Positions 26,609 through 40,300 of a stretch of DNA of 64,000 bases are shown here, one piece after another. A program made the position numbers and the translations under genes. The DNA is from Octopus bimaculoides. Lineage: Eukaryota. The stretch's first letter is position 1, and every line of letters starts with the position of its first letter. The stretch covers positions 30,176,203 through 30,240,202 of the forward strand of contig NC_068990.1 of the NCBI RefSeq assembly GCF_001194135.2. The letters are read 5' to 3'. The notes under the pieces were generated by a model, which ran no database searches, was not told the origin of the DNA, and saw only the letters and a list, made by a program, of their open reading frames with translations.

Positions 26609-29600
26609 TACATATATGTATATATATATATATATGTATATATATANNNNNNNNNNNNNNNNNNNNNNNNNNNNNNNNNNNNNNNNNNNNNNNNNNNNNN
26701 NNNNNNNNNNNNNNNNNNNNNNNNNNNNNNNNNNNNNNNNNNNNNNTATACATATATATACATAAATATATGTGTGTGTGTGTGTATATATATATATAGA
26801 GAGAGAGTATGTGAGTGTGTATACATCCACATGTACACGCTCCAATTCACATATTTGTAGACGTGTGTGTGTGTATGAAGAGTTTGATTGCAAAGCGCAA
26901 TAAATCCATTTTTACTGAATTGAGAACAATAAGATTTTCTCTTACAAATATTTCTTGAAGGGTCACACCCATAATTTTATTTGTGATTATCTAAACTCTA
27001 TGAAAATATCAAAATCACACATTCCGCTATAATCTAAGTATGCAAGATTTCAAGGAAAATCAATGTATTTTATTGGTTTTTAGTCAAAACGCAATAAATC
27101 CGTCATGTCCTTTTATTGCCAAATGCAATAAATCCAAGCTGTCCATTATACAAGGGTATTTATTAAATTTTAACATTGGGCAGCAGGTAGATCTCACACA
27201 CACACACTGGTTGGAGCAACCGGACATGCAGAGACAATCATTTGTACACAAGACAGTGTACATCTCACACAAACACATGCATGTGGACATGCACGCACAC
27301 ATACACACACACAATGCAAAGATTAAGGGCAGTGGAACAACCAGACAGATTTACACACACATTATGTAATACAACATTGCACACACACACACCCGCACTC
27401 GCTCTTTTTTCTCTCATGCACGCGCGCACACACACACCACACGTGCCATGCCATGCGCTCACGCGCGCACACACACACCACACGTGCCATGCCATGCGCT
27501 CACGCACACACACACACACACACTGTGCCGCATGCTCACACTCCAACACACACACATACTTTATTTTTGTTATAGCCATAAACTGTTTAACTATATCATT
27601 CTAAGTCAACTTAGAATATTAAAATTTGTGTGTACATCCATACATATTTAAGGGTTAATAAGAAAAAAAAGTCCTGCTGTTTTACTTAATGTTTTCAATT
27701 TTCTAGCTTGATGTTCAAATTTGGTCTGTCTATTGACAGAATTCCCACCTGACAGTTACATGTGTGTAATGCTTTCATGAACAAAATTCTAGACTTCTCA
27801 TGTTACTTGATATAATTCAGATTTTCAAAGTATTGGCACAGATAAGCCTTCTCTATTTATGTCATAATACGGATCATTGATATGTGATCAGGATTCCAAG
27901 AACAGTAAAGAATATTCATTTTATTGCTGTTATCCCTGCTTCAACACTCACAGCATGTGTCAATAGACCAGTTCAATAACGTATTCAGATTTTAATGTTT
28001 TATCCTGACAGCCCTGGTAGCCAGCTTTTTTATATGTGGCAGCTAACTGCTTTTCCCCAAAAAAATAATGACAATGCATGTTGCACACATAAGTAAACTG
28101 TTGCTATGTCGGGCTGAGACAAACCTTTGTGGTTGTCAGAAGCATATGGTGTGTTTCACAGGTAGTGTCTTTTTCCAATGGTAGGCTCTTTCCATTGCTA
28201 TGTAAATTTTTGTGGAAAAAGAATCCCGCAGTGTACTTTTTCCTTTTTCCACTTCATATGTTACTTCATCCCTCACTACCCTAAGCGTATGCATTACATC
28301 TGAATTTATTCGTGAACTGGTATATTGGCCTTGAATCTATGGTTCATTTTCTCTCTCATCATCATAGGAAGTGTTACTATTTTCCTCTCGTCGTGTATCC
28401 CATGTATTGCTGAGAGCATGGATATAGAATACATCTTCACGAATACCAATTTCAGACAGCAGCTTTTCCACATCTTTTTTTTTTTCAGTTAACTGTCACT
28501 GTGGGGCTTTAATACTTTATGGTTAGGTTTCATTGCTAACTTGGGAAAATGGGCAGTCCTAAGACATAAAGGTGGGCACAGGAAATGACCCCTCAGAATA
28601 CTGCTTCAGTGAAAGAGAAATTCTAAATTGGTGCTGAGGAAAGTTTAAACTAAAGTCTAGCACAATGATTTGCAACCATTTTTTGTTTTTATCTATAGAT
28701 CCCTTTGATTCCTATTTTATTCTGATGGATCCCCAGAGCTATTTGATATTTTACAGATTCTTCTTTCAAAATCCCTATTTTGTCTCCCACCTAACCACTT
28801 GTGTAAGTCTGCAGTTACGCTCTCATTCAGTGGCCAGAAACATGTTGAGTTATGTAAAACATTAAAGAAAGAAATCTTGCAGTTTCTTGCAATAAATATT
28901 TCTAAAGCAAACTATTTTCTCATGGACCTGTAAACTAGAGTTTACTATTTTGCTTGCATGGACCCCTAAAAATCTTATATGGACCACCAGTTGAGAACCA
29001 CTGGTCTAGCACAAAGAGATATTAAAGGAAAGTTGAGGAAAAAAATAAAATGTTGTTGTTCCCTCTGTTGAACAACAAATGATTTCTCTCTTCAAGAATA
29101 TAAAAGTTCTCTGTATAAAGCATGATTAAAAATGGTTATGTTTTACGGCAGCAAGGAATAGATATGGATTGTGGATGATTTGTGGAGGCTAGAGACAATG
29201 AGATGTGGGTATGTATGATCTAATAGATGTGTAAAGTTTATCAGAATGAGCATCTGGGCATTAAAGACATCAACAAGAGTGTGAAGAAGAGACAACTTCA
29301 CATGTATGGCATGAATGGTCATGTGATGCACTTGAACAATAAGTATGGCATGTAAAGTACCATTAGTGGAGAAAAGATGTCTGGATTTCACACAAGAGCT
29401 GACAAAAGACCCCCAAGACAGCATTGTGTGTGTGTGTATCATAGTACTGACCACGTAAAAAGCACCATTCGAGCACGGTCGATGTCAGTGTCACCTGACT
29501 GGCTCCTGTGCTGGTGGCACGTAAAAAGCACCATTCGAGCACGGTCGATGCCAGTGTCACCTGACTGGCTCCTGTGCTGGTGGCATGTAAAAAGCACCAT

Positions 29601-30473
29601 TCGAGCACGGTCGATGCCAGTGTCACCTGACTGGCTCCTGTGCTGGTAGCATGTAAAAAGCACCATTCGAGCACGGTCGATGCCAGTGCCACCTGACTGG
29701 CTCCTGTGCTGGTGGAGCATAAAAAGCACCATTCAAGTATGGTTGATGCCAGTGCCACCTGACTGGCTCCTGTGCCAACGACACGTAAAAAGCACCCAAT
29801 ACACTCTCAGAGTGGTTGGCGTTAGGAAGGGTGTCCAGCTGCAGAAACCTTGCCAGATGAGATTAGAGCCTGGTGTATCCTTCTGGCTTGCCAGTCCTCA
29901 GCCAAACCATCCAACCCATGCCAGCATGGAAAGCAGACATTAAATGATGATGATGATGATGATGATGAACGACCTTATACACACATATGTGTGTGTGTGT
30001 GTGTTCTTTTACACTGATTGACAACTGATGTTAGTTTGTTGACATTCCCCTGACTTAGCAGTGATAAAAGAGACAGATATACATTACGGTTGGCCTGTTC
30101 AGTGATGTGCCGCAGCAGCAGCAGCAGCATCATGTCTGAAGTCCAATGAATGAAGCTTTGATAACAGGTAGGCTAGATCAAGGCTAACCTGCAGTTGGTT
30201 AATATTTAATTGAGCTACACCATCAGTAACAGAACTAGAGATTAGTAATAAATCCTTATTAAGTCTATCAAAAGTTTATCTCTGAACTTTGATCCAGATA
30301 TGGTATCTATGTTGGTGTTTTATAGAAGAAACAGTCTGCTTGTTTCCATCATGATATTGTCCATTTAATATGGGGATTAAGGTAGACTATGGTTTACTTT
30401 CAATTATAATACCCAACGTGTATACTAAGATATACATATGTCAGGTGTGTGATACTTTCTTTACCTTTGGCTA

Positions 30474-30524
<51 letters not shown>

Positions 30525-33500
30525 CATTTAAACAATATATTATCTAAAATTAAATTGTAAATTAGAAGCAATCTAAACGTTAACGCTGTCACATGTATAT
30601 ACAATGTATATATTTTGTTTAAACATTTATTAGCTGCGGTATTTTGTCCAGGGAAAATTCCCTTTAACCCTTTCATTACCAACCTGGCTGAAACCAGCTC
30701 TGGCTCTGTAGTGCAAATGTCTTGTTTTTATAAGTTTTGAATTAAAATCTTCCACCAAACTTTAGTCACAATTTATGTTCCTAACACTAGCTTAATGATA
30801 ACTAAGTTATTTTACTAAATTCTTTGTTATATTTAAAGTAATTGAAAGAAACACAGCATCTCAACAGAAATACAGTAACAAAAGGGTTAAGACATCAAAT
30901 GTTATAAAAAAAAACACTGAATATCTCTGAATACCAGACAAAACAAAAGGTGAATGAGGATGGTGGATATCAATATTTTGTTGTTATTTCAGCTCGTCAG
31001 CACCGTATACTTGAATCTCACCTCAAAACAAATTTGGATTACTGGTCTGTGGTATATATGCAAATAGTGTAAAATCTATCTGCTGATGTGTAACAATGCT
31101 GCACAAGTGAAACAAAATTCAATTTTGAATCAGAAGTAACTCAAATAATGTACACATTCACTGTGTGACATTGGTCATGTTGACAATATTATTACTTGTT
31201 TCCCATCTTCTTTTAGTCCTATCTCTTGTCCTCTGAGATTCTTCTTTGTAATCCACTCTTCGTTCTCTTCTTTCCCCAGCTTTCTCTTCTTTCCCCAGCT
31301 TTCTCTTCTTTCCCCAGCTTTCTCTTTTTTCACCATTGTTCCTTGTATTTCTTGGTCTTCTTCTTCTCTTTACCTTCTCCTTTCTTTCTCTCTCTCAATA
31401 ATCCTATTATCATTGTGATTACGTTATTAAAAGCGACATGTCAGAAGTGTTCTGTAAGCTTGGCTCTGGTTAAATTCCTAAAATATTCATAATCTTTTGT
31501 CATTTGTTGTTGAAAGAATGGCCTCCAGCTAATAATAGTAATACTTGGGTGAAAAATGTCAAGATTTTCTTTTTCCCGCTCTCTCTCTCTCCCTCTCTCT
31601 TCATCTTTCTGTCTGTTGTCCCTCTCTACCAGTCTCTTTCTTTCTTTCTTTCTCTTCTCTTTCTCTCTATCAGTCTATCTCTGTCTTCCATCTCTCTCTC
31701 TCTCTCCCTCTCTCTGCAATGACAACAATAGTTTATGAGCCAATGGTCTTTCAAATTGCTAGAAGCATCGACCAAATTATCCTAAAATATTAGACCCTAT
31801 CACCTTAAAAAAGGAAGGACACATTGGACATTGTATTCCTAGCTACACTATGTCTGAACAAAAGATGGAATGGGCATGGTGGAATGCCTTTCATCGAAGC
31901 TTTCACTTGATTAGAGCTGACCTACTCCTCCACTTGCCACTTCTAGTAGCTCCAGCTGGGAGTGAAACCACAACTGCTTCATTCAGTTTCCCGCACCCTC
32001 CCACCATTGGTGACTTTTCTGTCCTTGAAAATATCTTGTCTTTTAGTTGTTTCAGTCAGTGTGCTGCAGCCATGCTGGAGCACCACCTTGCAGGGTTTGA
32101 CTGAACAAATTGGATCCGGTGCTTATTTTCCAAGTCTTGTGCTTTTGGTCTCCTTTGCTGAACTTCTAAGTTATAGGGACATAAATAAACCAATACCAGT
32201 TGTCAAGTGATGGTGGGGAACAAACACAGACATGCGCGCGCGCACACACACACACACACATATAGATAGATAGACAGACAGACAGACAGATAGATAGATG
32301 GGTTTTTGGGTGGGTGGGTAGAGAGATAGATGGATAGGTAGATAGGTAGGCAGGTAGGCAGGTGGATAAGTGGATAGATAGATAGATAGATAGATAGATA
32401 GTGGGATATATANNNNNNNNNNNNNNNNNNNNNNNNNNNNNNNNNNNNNNNNNNNNNNNNNNNNNNNNNNNNNNNNNNNNNAGAGAAATACATGGGTAGG
32501 TAGGCAGATAGATAGATAGATGGGTAGATAGGTAGGTAGATAGATATTAGGTTGATGATGCTACCATATTTAAAGAGTTTATCTCAAACAACTGCCACAC
32601 TTTGTCCTACAATAAATTTATTCTTGTTATTCAAGAGATTTGCCTTTCTGCTTAAGACTTTATCTAAAAATCACACAAAGACTGCCTTATGAAATATTTG
32701 TCTTTGAAACATTTTTTTTCTTTTTCTTTTTAACTTTCTATTTTGGAAGTGCCTTACAGTTTCTGTGATTATTCAAGCTAGTTCCTGTTTTAGTTCTTTC
32801 TGTTTTTTAATTTTTTGTCATAAATTATTTATTAATTTTAGTGTCCTATTCCAAGTAGAAGCTTATTTGTTGGTTTTTTTTTTTGTTTCTTCCCATACTA
32901 CCAAGAATTATTAAAGTTTTCAATGCCAGTCAAAATGTAATGATGTAATGGCTAAAACAGACACAGCCAAGTGCCAAGAGATTCTTCAATGATTACATAA
33001 AAGAAATAGCTACTGACAAACACCCTTCAGTCAGTTATGCTTCATTAACCTTTAACCATTGTACTGTGATCGGAGTTTTCTGTTTCTTTTGATAGTCATC
33101 CACATTAGAATAGTACTCTCATAATCTAATTAATTCTCTTAATTTAACTCTGAGTATCTGTTGTTCCTATTTCTTAAACAGAATACACAATAATGTAGAG
33201 GCTGCAAACCTGGGTATTGCTGCCCATTATGCAGACGAGAAAAATAAACAAATACAGGGTCCTGACCAGCTATTATTTGTTTCTGCAGTCGGAAACTCAG
33301 GTGTTCTCAAACCTCACACTGCTTATTTCCTCTGCAAAATCAGAAGAGTTACAGCCTGTCTGAGAAATGCAGACGATCATCAGTTTATTTATTTTATTTA
33401 TTTCAAGATATTACTGTTATAATCTGTCTTGTAGTGTGTGTGATCCCTGTAGCAAATTCTCAGTAAACTAAGTCTGTGACTCAGGTTTCGTCAGTGATTA

Positions 33501-36500
33501 TAGCTATTTCATAATCTCAAATGATACTATTCAGGAAATTTATGAACATCACATCTACCCGTCTGCTGTCAACTATATCGTGGTACTCCATCAGTTGCAA
33601 CGATGAGAGTTCCAGTTAATCCAATCAATGGAACAGCCTGCTTGTGAAATTAACATGCAAGTGGCTGAGCACGCCACAGACGCGTGTACCCTTAACGTAG
33701 TTCTGGGGGAGATTCAGCACGACACAGAAATACAGGTACAACAGAAATAGGAAGAGAGAAAGTTGTGGTGAAAGAGTACAGCAGGGTTCGCCACCACCCC
33801 CTGCCTGAGCCTCATGGAGCTTAATGTGTTTTTGCTCAATAAATACTCACAAGGCCCAGTCTGGGAATTGAAACTACAATCCTATAACTGCAAGACAGCT
33901 GCCCTAACCACTGGGCCATTGCACCTCCATGCCGTCTACTTAAAACATGAAGAATGATCCATTTGTGATTATATATCTTCAACAATGGAATGTGAGGCAA
34001 TTGACCTAAAATATTTCACTTATCAATGAGATAAAATTGTTTCCAAGAAAAATTCATTCTCTTCTCATTATCAGTGTTTTAAATTTGTTCAAATGTCACT
34101 TTTGAGTTCTGTGTCAAATTTGATATTAACTAATGTTTAAAATTTGTTTCTTTTCCAAGAATTCGATATGTAAATAATACAGTGGTTTTAATTTCCCAAA
34201 ATAATGCTATTAATATATTTTGGTAAAAGTTAAAAGTGGTGTATTTTAAGTTGTTGCAATATGAGGAAATTTAAACTATTGAGTAAAGTCCTTGAGATAT
34301 GTCATGGCTGGGTCGTCTCTGATTGTCAGTCTGCTCACTCAGGGCTGACTTGGGTTTAGAGCTAAACAACAACAATAATGGTGATAAGACTTTTTTTTTA
34401 AGTATAGGGTTATTAGTAACCCTTCAGCACTCAAATTCCTCTCTCAAATGTAATGCTTATGTATTTAAATTTTTTAAAATTAATCATGTGTTACCTTGTA
34501 GCTTTGATATTTCAAAGATGTGATTATTTTTAGAATGACATTGCAGGATAGGTATGAGAGACTGGATCTGTCCAGTGTGGACATAAACCAGTTAAAATTA
34601 TTGGACCAAATATGGCTGGTTTAAATGCTAAAGAATTAAATGGCTGTTTGATTTTCACAAAGGGTAAATAAGAGACAAAGTATTGTTCCTATTAAGCTTA
34701 TATTGTAATACAAACCCCTGTAAAGAATTACCTTACAGACAATGGATAAGGGAAGTTAATTGGCCCTTTTCACTTTCATTGCTGTCTTTCTTGATTTTGC
34801 TGCTTCCTGTCCCCTCTTTTACTATTCTAATAAGTTGTGTACCTGAGCACTGCAGGCAATAAGCTCGTTATTATTGTTCTTGTTGCTGATGTTGTCATTA
34901 AAGCAGCAAGCTGGCAGAATTATTAGTGTGTTGGGCAAAGTGCTTAGTGGCCCTTCTTCGACCTCATTATATTCTGAGTTCAAATTCTGCCAAAGTCACC
35001 TTTGCTTTTTATCCTTTAGAGAGTCAATAAAATAAAGTTTCAGTCAAGTACTGGTGCCAATGTAACTGACCTCTCCCCTCCTCTAAAAATTGCTGGCCTT
35101 GTGCCAAAATTTTTATTATTATTATTATTGTCTTAAGGTGGCAAGCTGGGAGAACTGTTAGTACCCTGGATGAAATGCTTAGCAGTATTTCACCCATCGC
35201 TACATTCTGAGTTCAGATTCTGCTGAGGTCAACTCCACCTTTCATCCTTTCGGAGTCGATAAATTAAGTACCAGTGAAATACTGAGGCTGACGTAATTGA
35301 CTAATCCCCTCCCCTACATTTCAAGCCTTGTACTTTTAGTAGAAAGGATTATCATCATCATCATCAATAAGCAACTGATATCATTATTATCAATAAGCAG
35401 GAGATCAGGCCTAATTCCTTTGTCACAAAAACAGTCTGATAAAATGTGAAGGTGATAAAGAGGTAGAAGATGAAAGAGTGGGATCATTTTTTTTTAATTT
35501 CAGTTTTTGTAAACAGACTCACCACTAACGTCAGGTTTGCAGTGCTCCCACTGCTTGCAGTTGTGGGCCATACAACTCTGTGATACCTATTTACAGCAAG
35601 TTAGACTGGAATATTGAGTTTCAAAAAGTATTAGGGATTGGTACTGTACCATACTCAGAGATAAGGTACTGGCTATCTGGTACCATTGGCTTTTCTGTAA
35701 TCCCTGCAAATTATAGACTCACTTCTGTTTCAGCAATGTTAAAATTATAAAAACCCATCTCTTTTAGTAAGAAGCCACCTTTTGTTGTGATACTTCAAAA
35801 GAACTTGTGTAGCATTCACCTGCAAATACTGTCCAAATGACTGTGTATCACCGTCTTTAGCATCGATGACTTTATGGCCATTATTTGTTGTTTCTGCATT
35901 GTCACATTTACCATTTTTTTATTTTGCTTCTTTAGTTTATGTTTGCTTATGTGTGCTTTTCATTTCTTATTTTTCCTTATTTCTGTGGCATGTTTGTGCT
36001 TTTTTTTCTACTTGTTTGTCTAGACCAATTGATGCAGCACCCCTCGTTAGGGCCCTGCCTTCACCGTCTAGGGCTTTTGTCGTCTGTCCAGTCACAACCT
36101 TGTAAATTGCCAAGAAGTAGTCTTACATCACCACAAAGCATATTGATTCCAGACAACCAGAAGGCCCTTGCTGCTCAGGGTTACTATGAATACCCTTCAG
36201 TGATGGGTGGCTTAAGAGAGAACTCAAAACAATCAATCCTTCCAGCTTCTGAACGACGCAAGAATTTCAGGAGTACACGCACCCAACAGACCTGGTCTTT
36301 GATAGAACCAGAACAAGAGGCAGAATCTGAATTGCAGAAGTTAAAACAAAATAAGCATAATTTTGGAGCTAGTATTGATTCTGCTCTAAGCAGTGACCTA
36401 GAGAACTCTTTAGAGAGAAGAAATTGGCAAACCTATTCCAGATGGGGTTTCCGGAACCAGCCAAGTAAAGACAGTGAATCCAGTACTTCCAGCCTTCGAG

Positions 36501-37201
36501 ACCTTCGCTTAGGACATGTAAATAAATTAATGAGTTTTGAAGAAACTGATGATGACTGTGAGGTGTTTTCTCCTTCAGAGAATCACAGAAGAAATTTAAA
36601 TAACAAAAGTAATGGTTTCCAAAATCCAGAAGCTGAAATATGTGATAATTTTCAAAAGACTTCTTTAGAAACAGATCTTAATTCTGACAAACAAACTGAA
36701 AGTGGATTTGATTTCAGGCATGGTGCCATCATTGATTCTTTAAACAATATCAATGACTTAATAAAATATTCAAAGTCTACAGAACCTTCTGAACTTGAAG
36801 TGTCTCTGGCTTCTGCTGCTTCCATGGATATATTACACAATGGTGGATTAACAACAATATCTGCAGAAGAGGCTGATTTTAGTGATTATCCTGCAAACAC
36901 GGTGAGTCATTCCATTCCTGTTCTTTGTATTTTGTGATGACTTTTATTGTTGGTGTCATATTTGGTTCATATTTCTGTAAAACTTTTAACACCTTTTCTT
37001 CTCCATCTTTAATTGTTTCTTGAGTTTCTATAGAATATGTGTTCTATAAATGCTCTTAACACACCTTACACTTGTAACATTTTCATATTCGAAAAATACA
37101 ACAGTAAGCTACCAATTTAATATGAAGAATCTTTATTAGAAATCTAACTTTGAACCCCTCCCCCTCAAAGTAAAGGATGAAATAGAATTCAACCTTTTCA
37201 C

Positions 37202-37277
<76 letters not shown>

Positions 37278-37340
37278 ATATGTATATAACAAATTTAACT
37301 CTCTTTCTCACTCTTCTCTATTTATACAACATATTTTAGC

Positions 37341-37377
<37 letters not shown>

Positions 37378-40300
37378 ACAATTTCCTTTGTACACTTGAT
37401 TTATGCTGTTCTTTTAGAATGTGTAAACATATTTAGTTTTAGTGGAGGTTTTTGCGACACTAAAAAAAAGAAAGAAATAAGAAAAGAAAAAAGAAAGAAA
37501 TTCTTTGATAATTAGTTACAAATTTATTTGTTACTGCTGCCTAAAACTTTTGTCTTTTATTTTATTATACCCTTTTTTTGCTTTTCCTTATTCCTCCTCC
37601 TCCTCATAATCCTCATTCATTAATTTACTCCATGTTTGTCTGGATTGTATGTGTCTTCTCCTTTGCAGTACCATGCCACATGTTGCTGTCCTTTGTCACC
37701 ATTGACAATGTAAGATCAGCCGTTATCACTTTCCCCTATATCTTCCCTGGTTTTCTCCCATTCCACAATTTCCTGCCACTCAGATTGCTTAGACCTTCTT
37801 TGCTCAGCTCTTTCCCTCCATATCTATCAGGTGTCTCTACCTGCAGAGTCTCTACCTGCAGAGTCTCTTCTCATCTGATTCCTCTTATATCTAGTTTTTC
37901 TCCCAATTCATTTGTGCTCCAGCATTCAATCCCACTTTGCATTATGCATCCAGTGGAACATGCTGACCTCATTTCTTTCCAGCCTCTTGACACACTTTTT
38001 CAAGAAATTCTTTGACATGTTAATCTACTGAGAATTGGGTTGGCAACAGACACAAGTTACCATGAATTTCATTTTGGTGTTTATGGCCTGAAGAACTTAG
38101 AATAAACAAGACAGACTGAGAACTGGGTCACCAGCATTCTGAAATTCCCATGTATAGCTGATCTTAAATTCTTGTGCTTATTTCTTTATAACTTGGACCA
38201 TCTCACATTTCTGATTCTGTTGTTGCAGAGTATAGGTAACCCTCTTAAGTAATGTGTCATTTCTCTTCCATCAACTCGATATTGTTCTTTGTTTCCCCTC
38301 TGATTACCAGTATTTCCAGGCCTGCATCTTTTAGCTTTTATGACTGGCCTACATACAACCTTCTGAAAACAAACCTTCATACTCTCTGTCAACAGATCTG
38401 ATCTGAGATTTTTACGGAAGATTGTTTCAATCAAGCCCTATCTCTTCTTTCTTCTCATCACATCTATCTCCTGGTCTTTCTATAAACCCACTTATGACTA
38501 AGGGGTCCTTTCACCTTCATACTTTCCTTCTCTACATCATCCGTGTCTATCTAACCCCTCATGTTACTAATTGACTTGTTCTATTGCTGTATTCTTCACT
38601 GGATAAAAACTGTATTTACAGCCAATTGGCTTTCTTCCTTGCTGAAAAGTATGAAACCTATCTGGATTGCATGTTTACCTGATATCCAGGTGATCAGATG
38701 ATTGACCAGTTTCTTGAAATTAGTGTTGCAAATGATTAGGTCATTTCCATTACAGAATTCCAAAAGATTCAGCTGTCTTCATTCCTTGTATCATATCCAT
38801 TCAGTTAGGCATTCTGGTGTTGCCCAACATCTCCATTAACATCATTGGTTGTGATAATGAATCTCATAAAAACCTCAGAAGAAAGTTAGAGAAATGGTTC
38901 TTTTGCACGCCTGTTAGACTTGTTTGCAGTACATATGCAGATGTGACCAATGCTATCATGTTGCCTATGGCTAGTCTTGGCTTAGTCTGTCACACATTCT
39001 GACTACCTCAATTATTCTATCAATTTCTTGTCAACAGTATACCTACTTCACCCACCCAGAAGAATTTGTACTTGTATTTTTTGCCTGTGAGATGTCTGAT
39101 TGAGGCTCTCCTCCATCTTGCCACTTGCACACCACTTGCATCTACTCATTTCTACTCTAGTAACTCTACACTCTTTCTAAACCATCATGACTGTGTTGAT
39201 GGTGGTGTCTATTAAATTTAGCACCTTGTAGGAAAAGAAGAGTTGTACAATGTTCATCTTCTGGGTGCAGTCATTTGATGACAATTGAGAAGTTTTCACA
39301 TCTGGCCCTCCCACTAACATGGTGTTAGTGTTGTACATGCAATGACAGCTTCCTTTTTATTTTATGATTTTATGATTGCCATATTTTTTGGTATGTATTT
39401 TGTTTTGTTTTGTTTTGTTTTTTTACAGCTGGATGCTTGGTTATCAAATTCTCTACAAAATAGACTAGACATACTATATTGTGCCATGAAAGTATTCTAA
39501 ACAGTTTGTTTTCAGAGTTACTGTGCTGCTAGGTAGGTTGCCTTCCCTGCAGCTTGTGGAGCCTATGTCTCTGTTGTGTGATAAGGCAGAACTCTTATTG
39601 TTAACCGTTGGGCCTGTTTGGATTTCCTAAAGTGCTTGATGGATTACCTCTGTTCCTGCAAAACCATGCTTCTCCATTGTGTTGTGGGAGGAAAAGGTTT
39701 GTGCAAGATGGCAGACACCTCTTAGTCTGCAGCTGGAGTGAAGGCATGTGGCCAAGTGGTTAGGCTATTTAGCTCACAGTCATAAAGTTGTAAGTTCAAT
39801 ACCTAGTAGCAGTGCATTGTGTCCTTGAGCAAACGTATGATCAAAGGCATTCCAGGCAAGAATAGCTTGTCTTTTATTGAGCCATAGTGTATCTAGGATC
39901 ACATTATCAAATATGCTTTCCCTTATTTAAGATGACTGGTAGGGAGGCGAGAGAGATTTGACTGCTATTTCTAGCAGATTAAGTGACCTTGTAGAGGCTC
40001 TCTCATTATTAATCTGGAGTTGTCTGCGTTGTAGGTACAAATGTGAAACAACTTCAGAGTTGTTTTGAGTTGATTAAAATAATAATTTACAAGTAGGCGT
40101 AGGAGTGTCTGTGTGGTAAGTAGCTTGCTTACCAACCACATGGTTCCGGGTTCAGTCCCACTGCGTGGCACCTTAGGCAAGTGTCTTCTACTATAGCCTC
40201 GGGCCGACCAAAGCCTTGTGAGTGGATTTGGTAGACGGAAACTGAAAGAAGCCCGTCGTATATATGTATATATGTGTGTGTATGTATGTTTGTGTGTTTG

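Noticed and set aside
28000-28500. Possible DNA-transposase remnant on the - strand (LHSNGKSLP…)
   Set aside because: Many stops and only a vague motif resemblance; the family cannot be assigned without a search.
29452-29800. CRISPR-like array
   Set aside because: Contiguous 66-bp tandem units with no unique spacers, no cas genes, eukaryotic context; part of a retroelement.
37844-37866. Short tandem duplications (15 bp here; 36 bp at 42283-42350; 23 bp at 21720-21790)
   Set aside because: Ordinary slippage events in or near decayed repeats.
39429-39495. Possible exon after TTTTTTACAG (LDAWLSNSLQNRL...)
   Set aside because: TTTTACAGCTGGATGC is a family C fragment. The 0-to-1 phase slot is already filled by 40635-40674, which has a better donor.
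40094-40170. tRNA gene-like A/B boxes (also 33860-33930 and other SINE heads)
   Set aside because: These are heads of tRNA-derived SINEs and do not form a complete cloverleaf.
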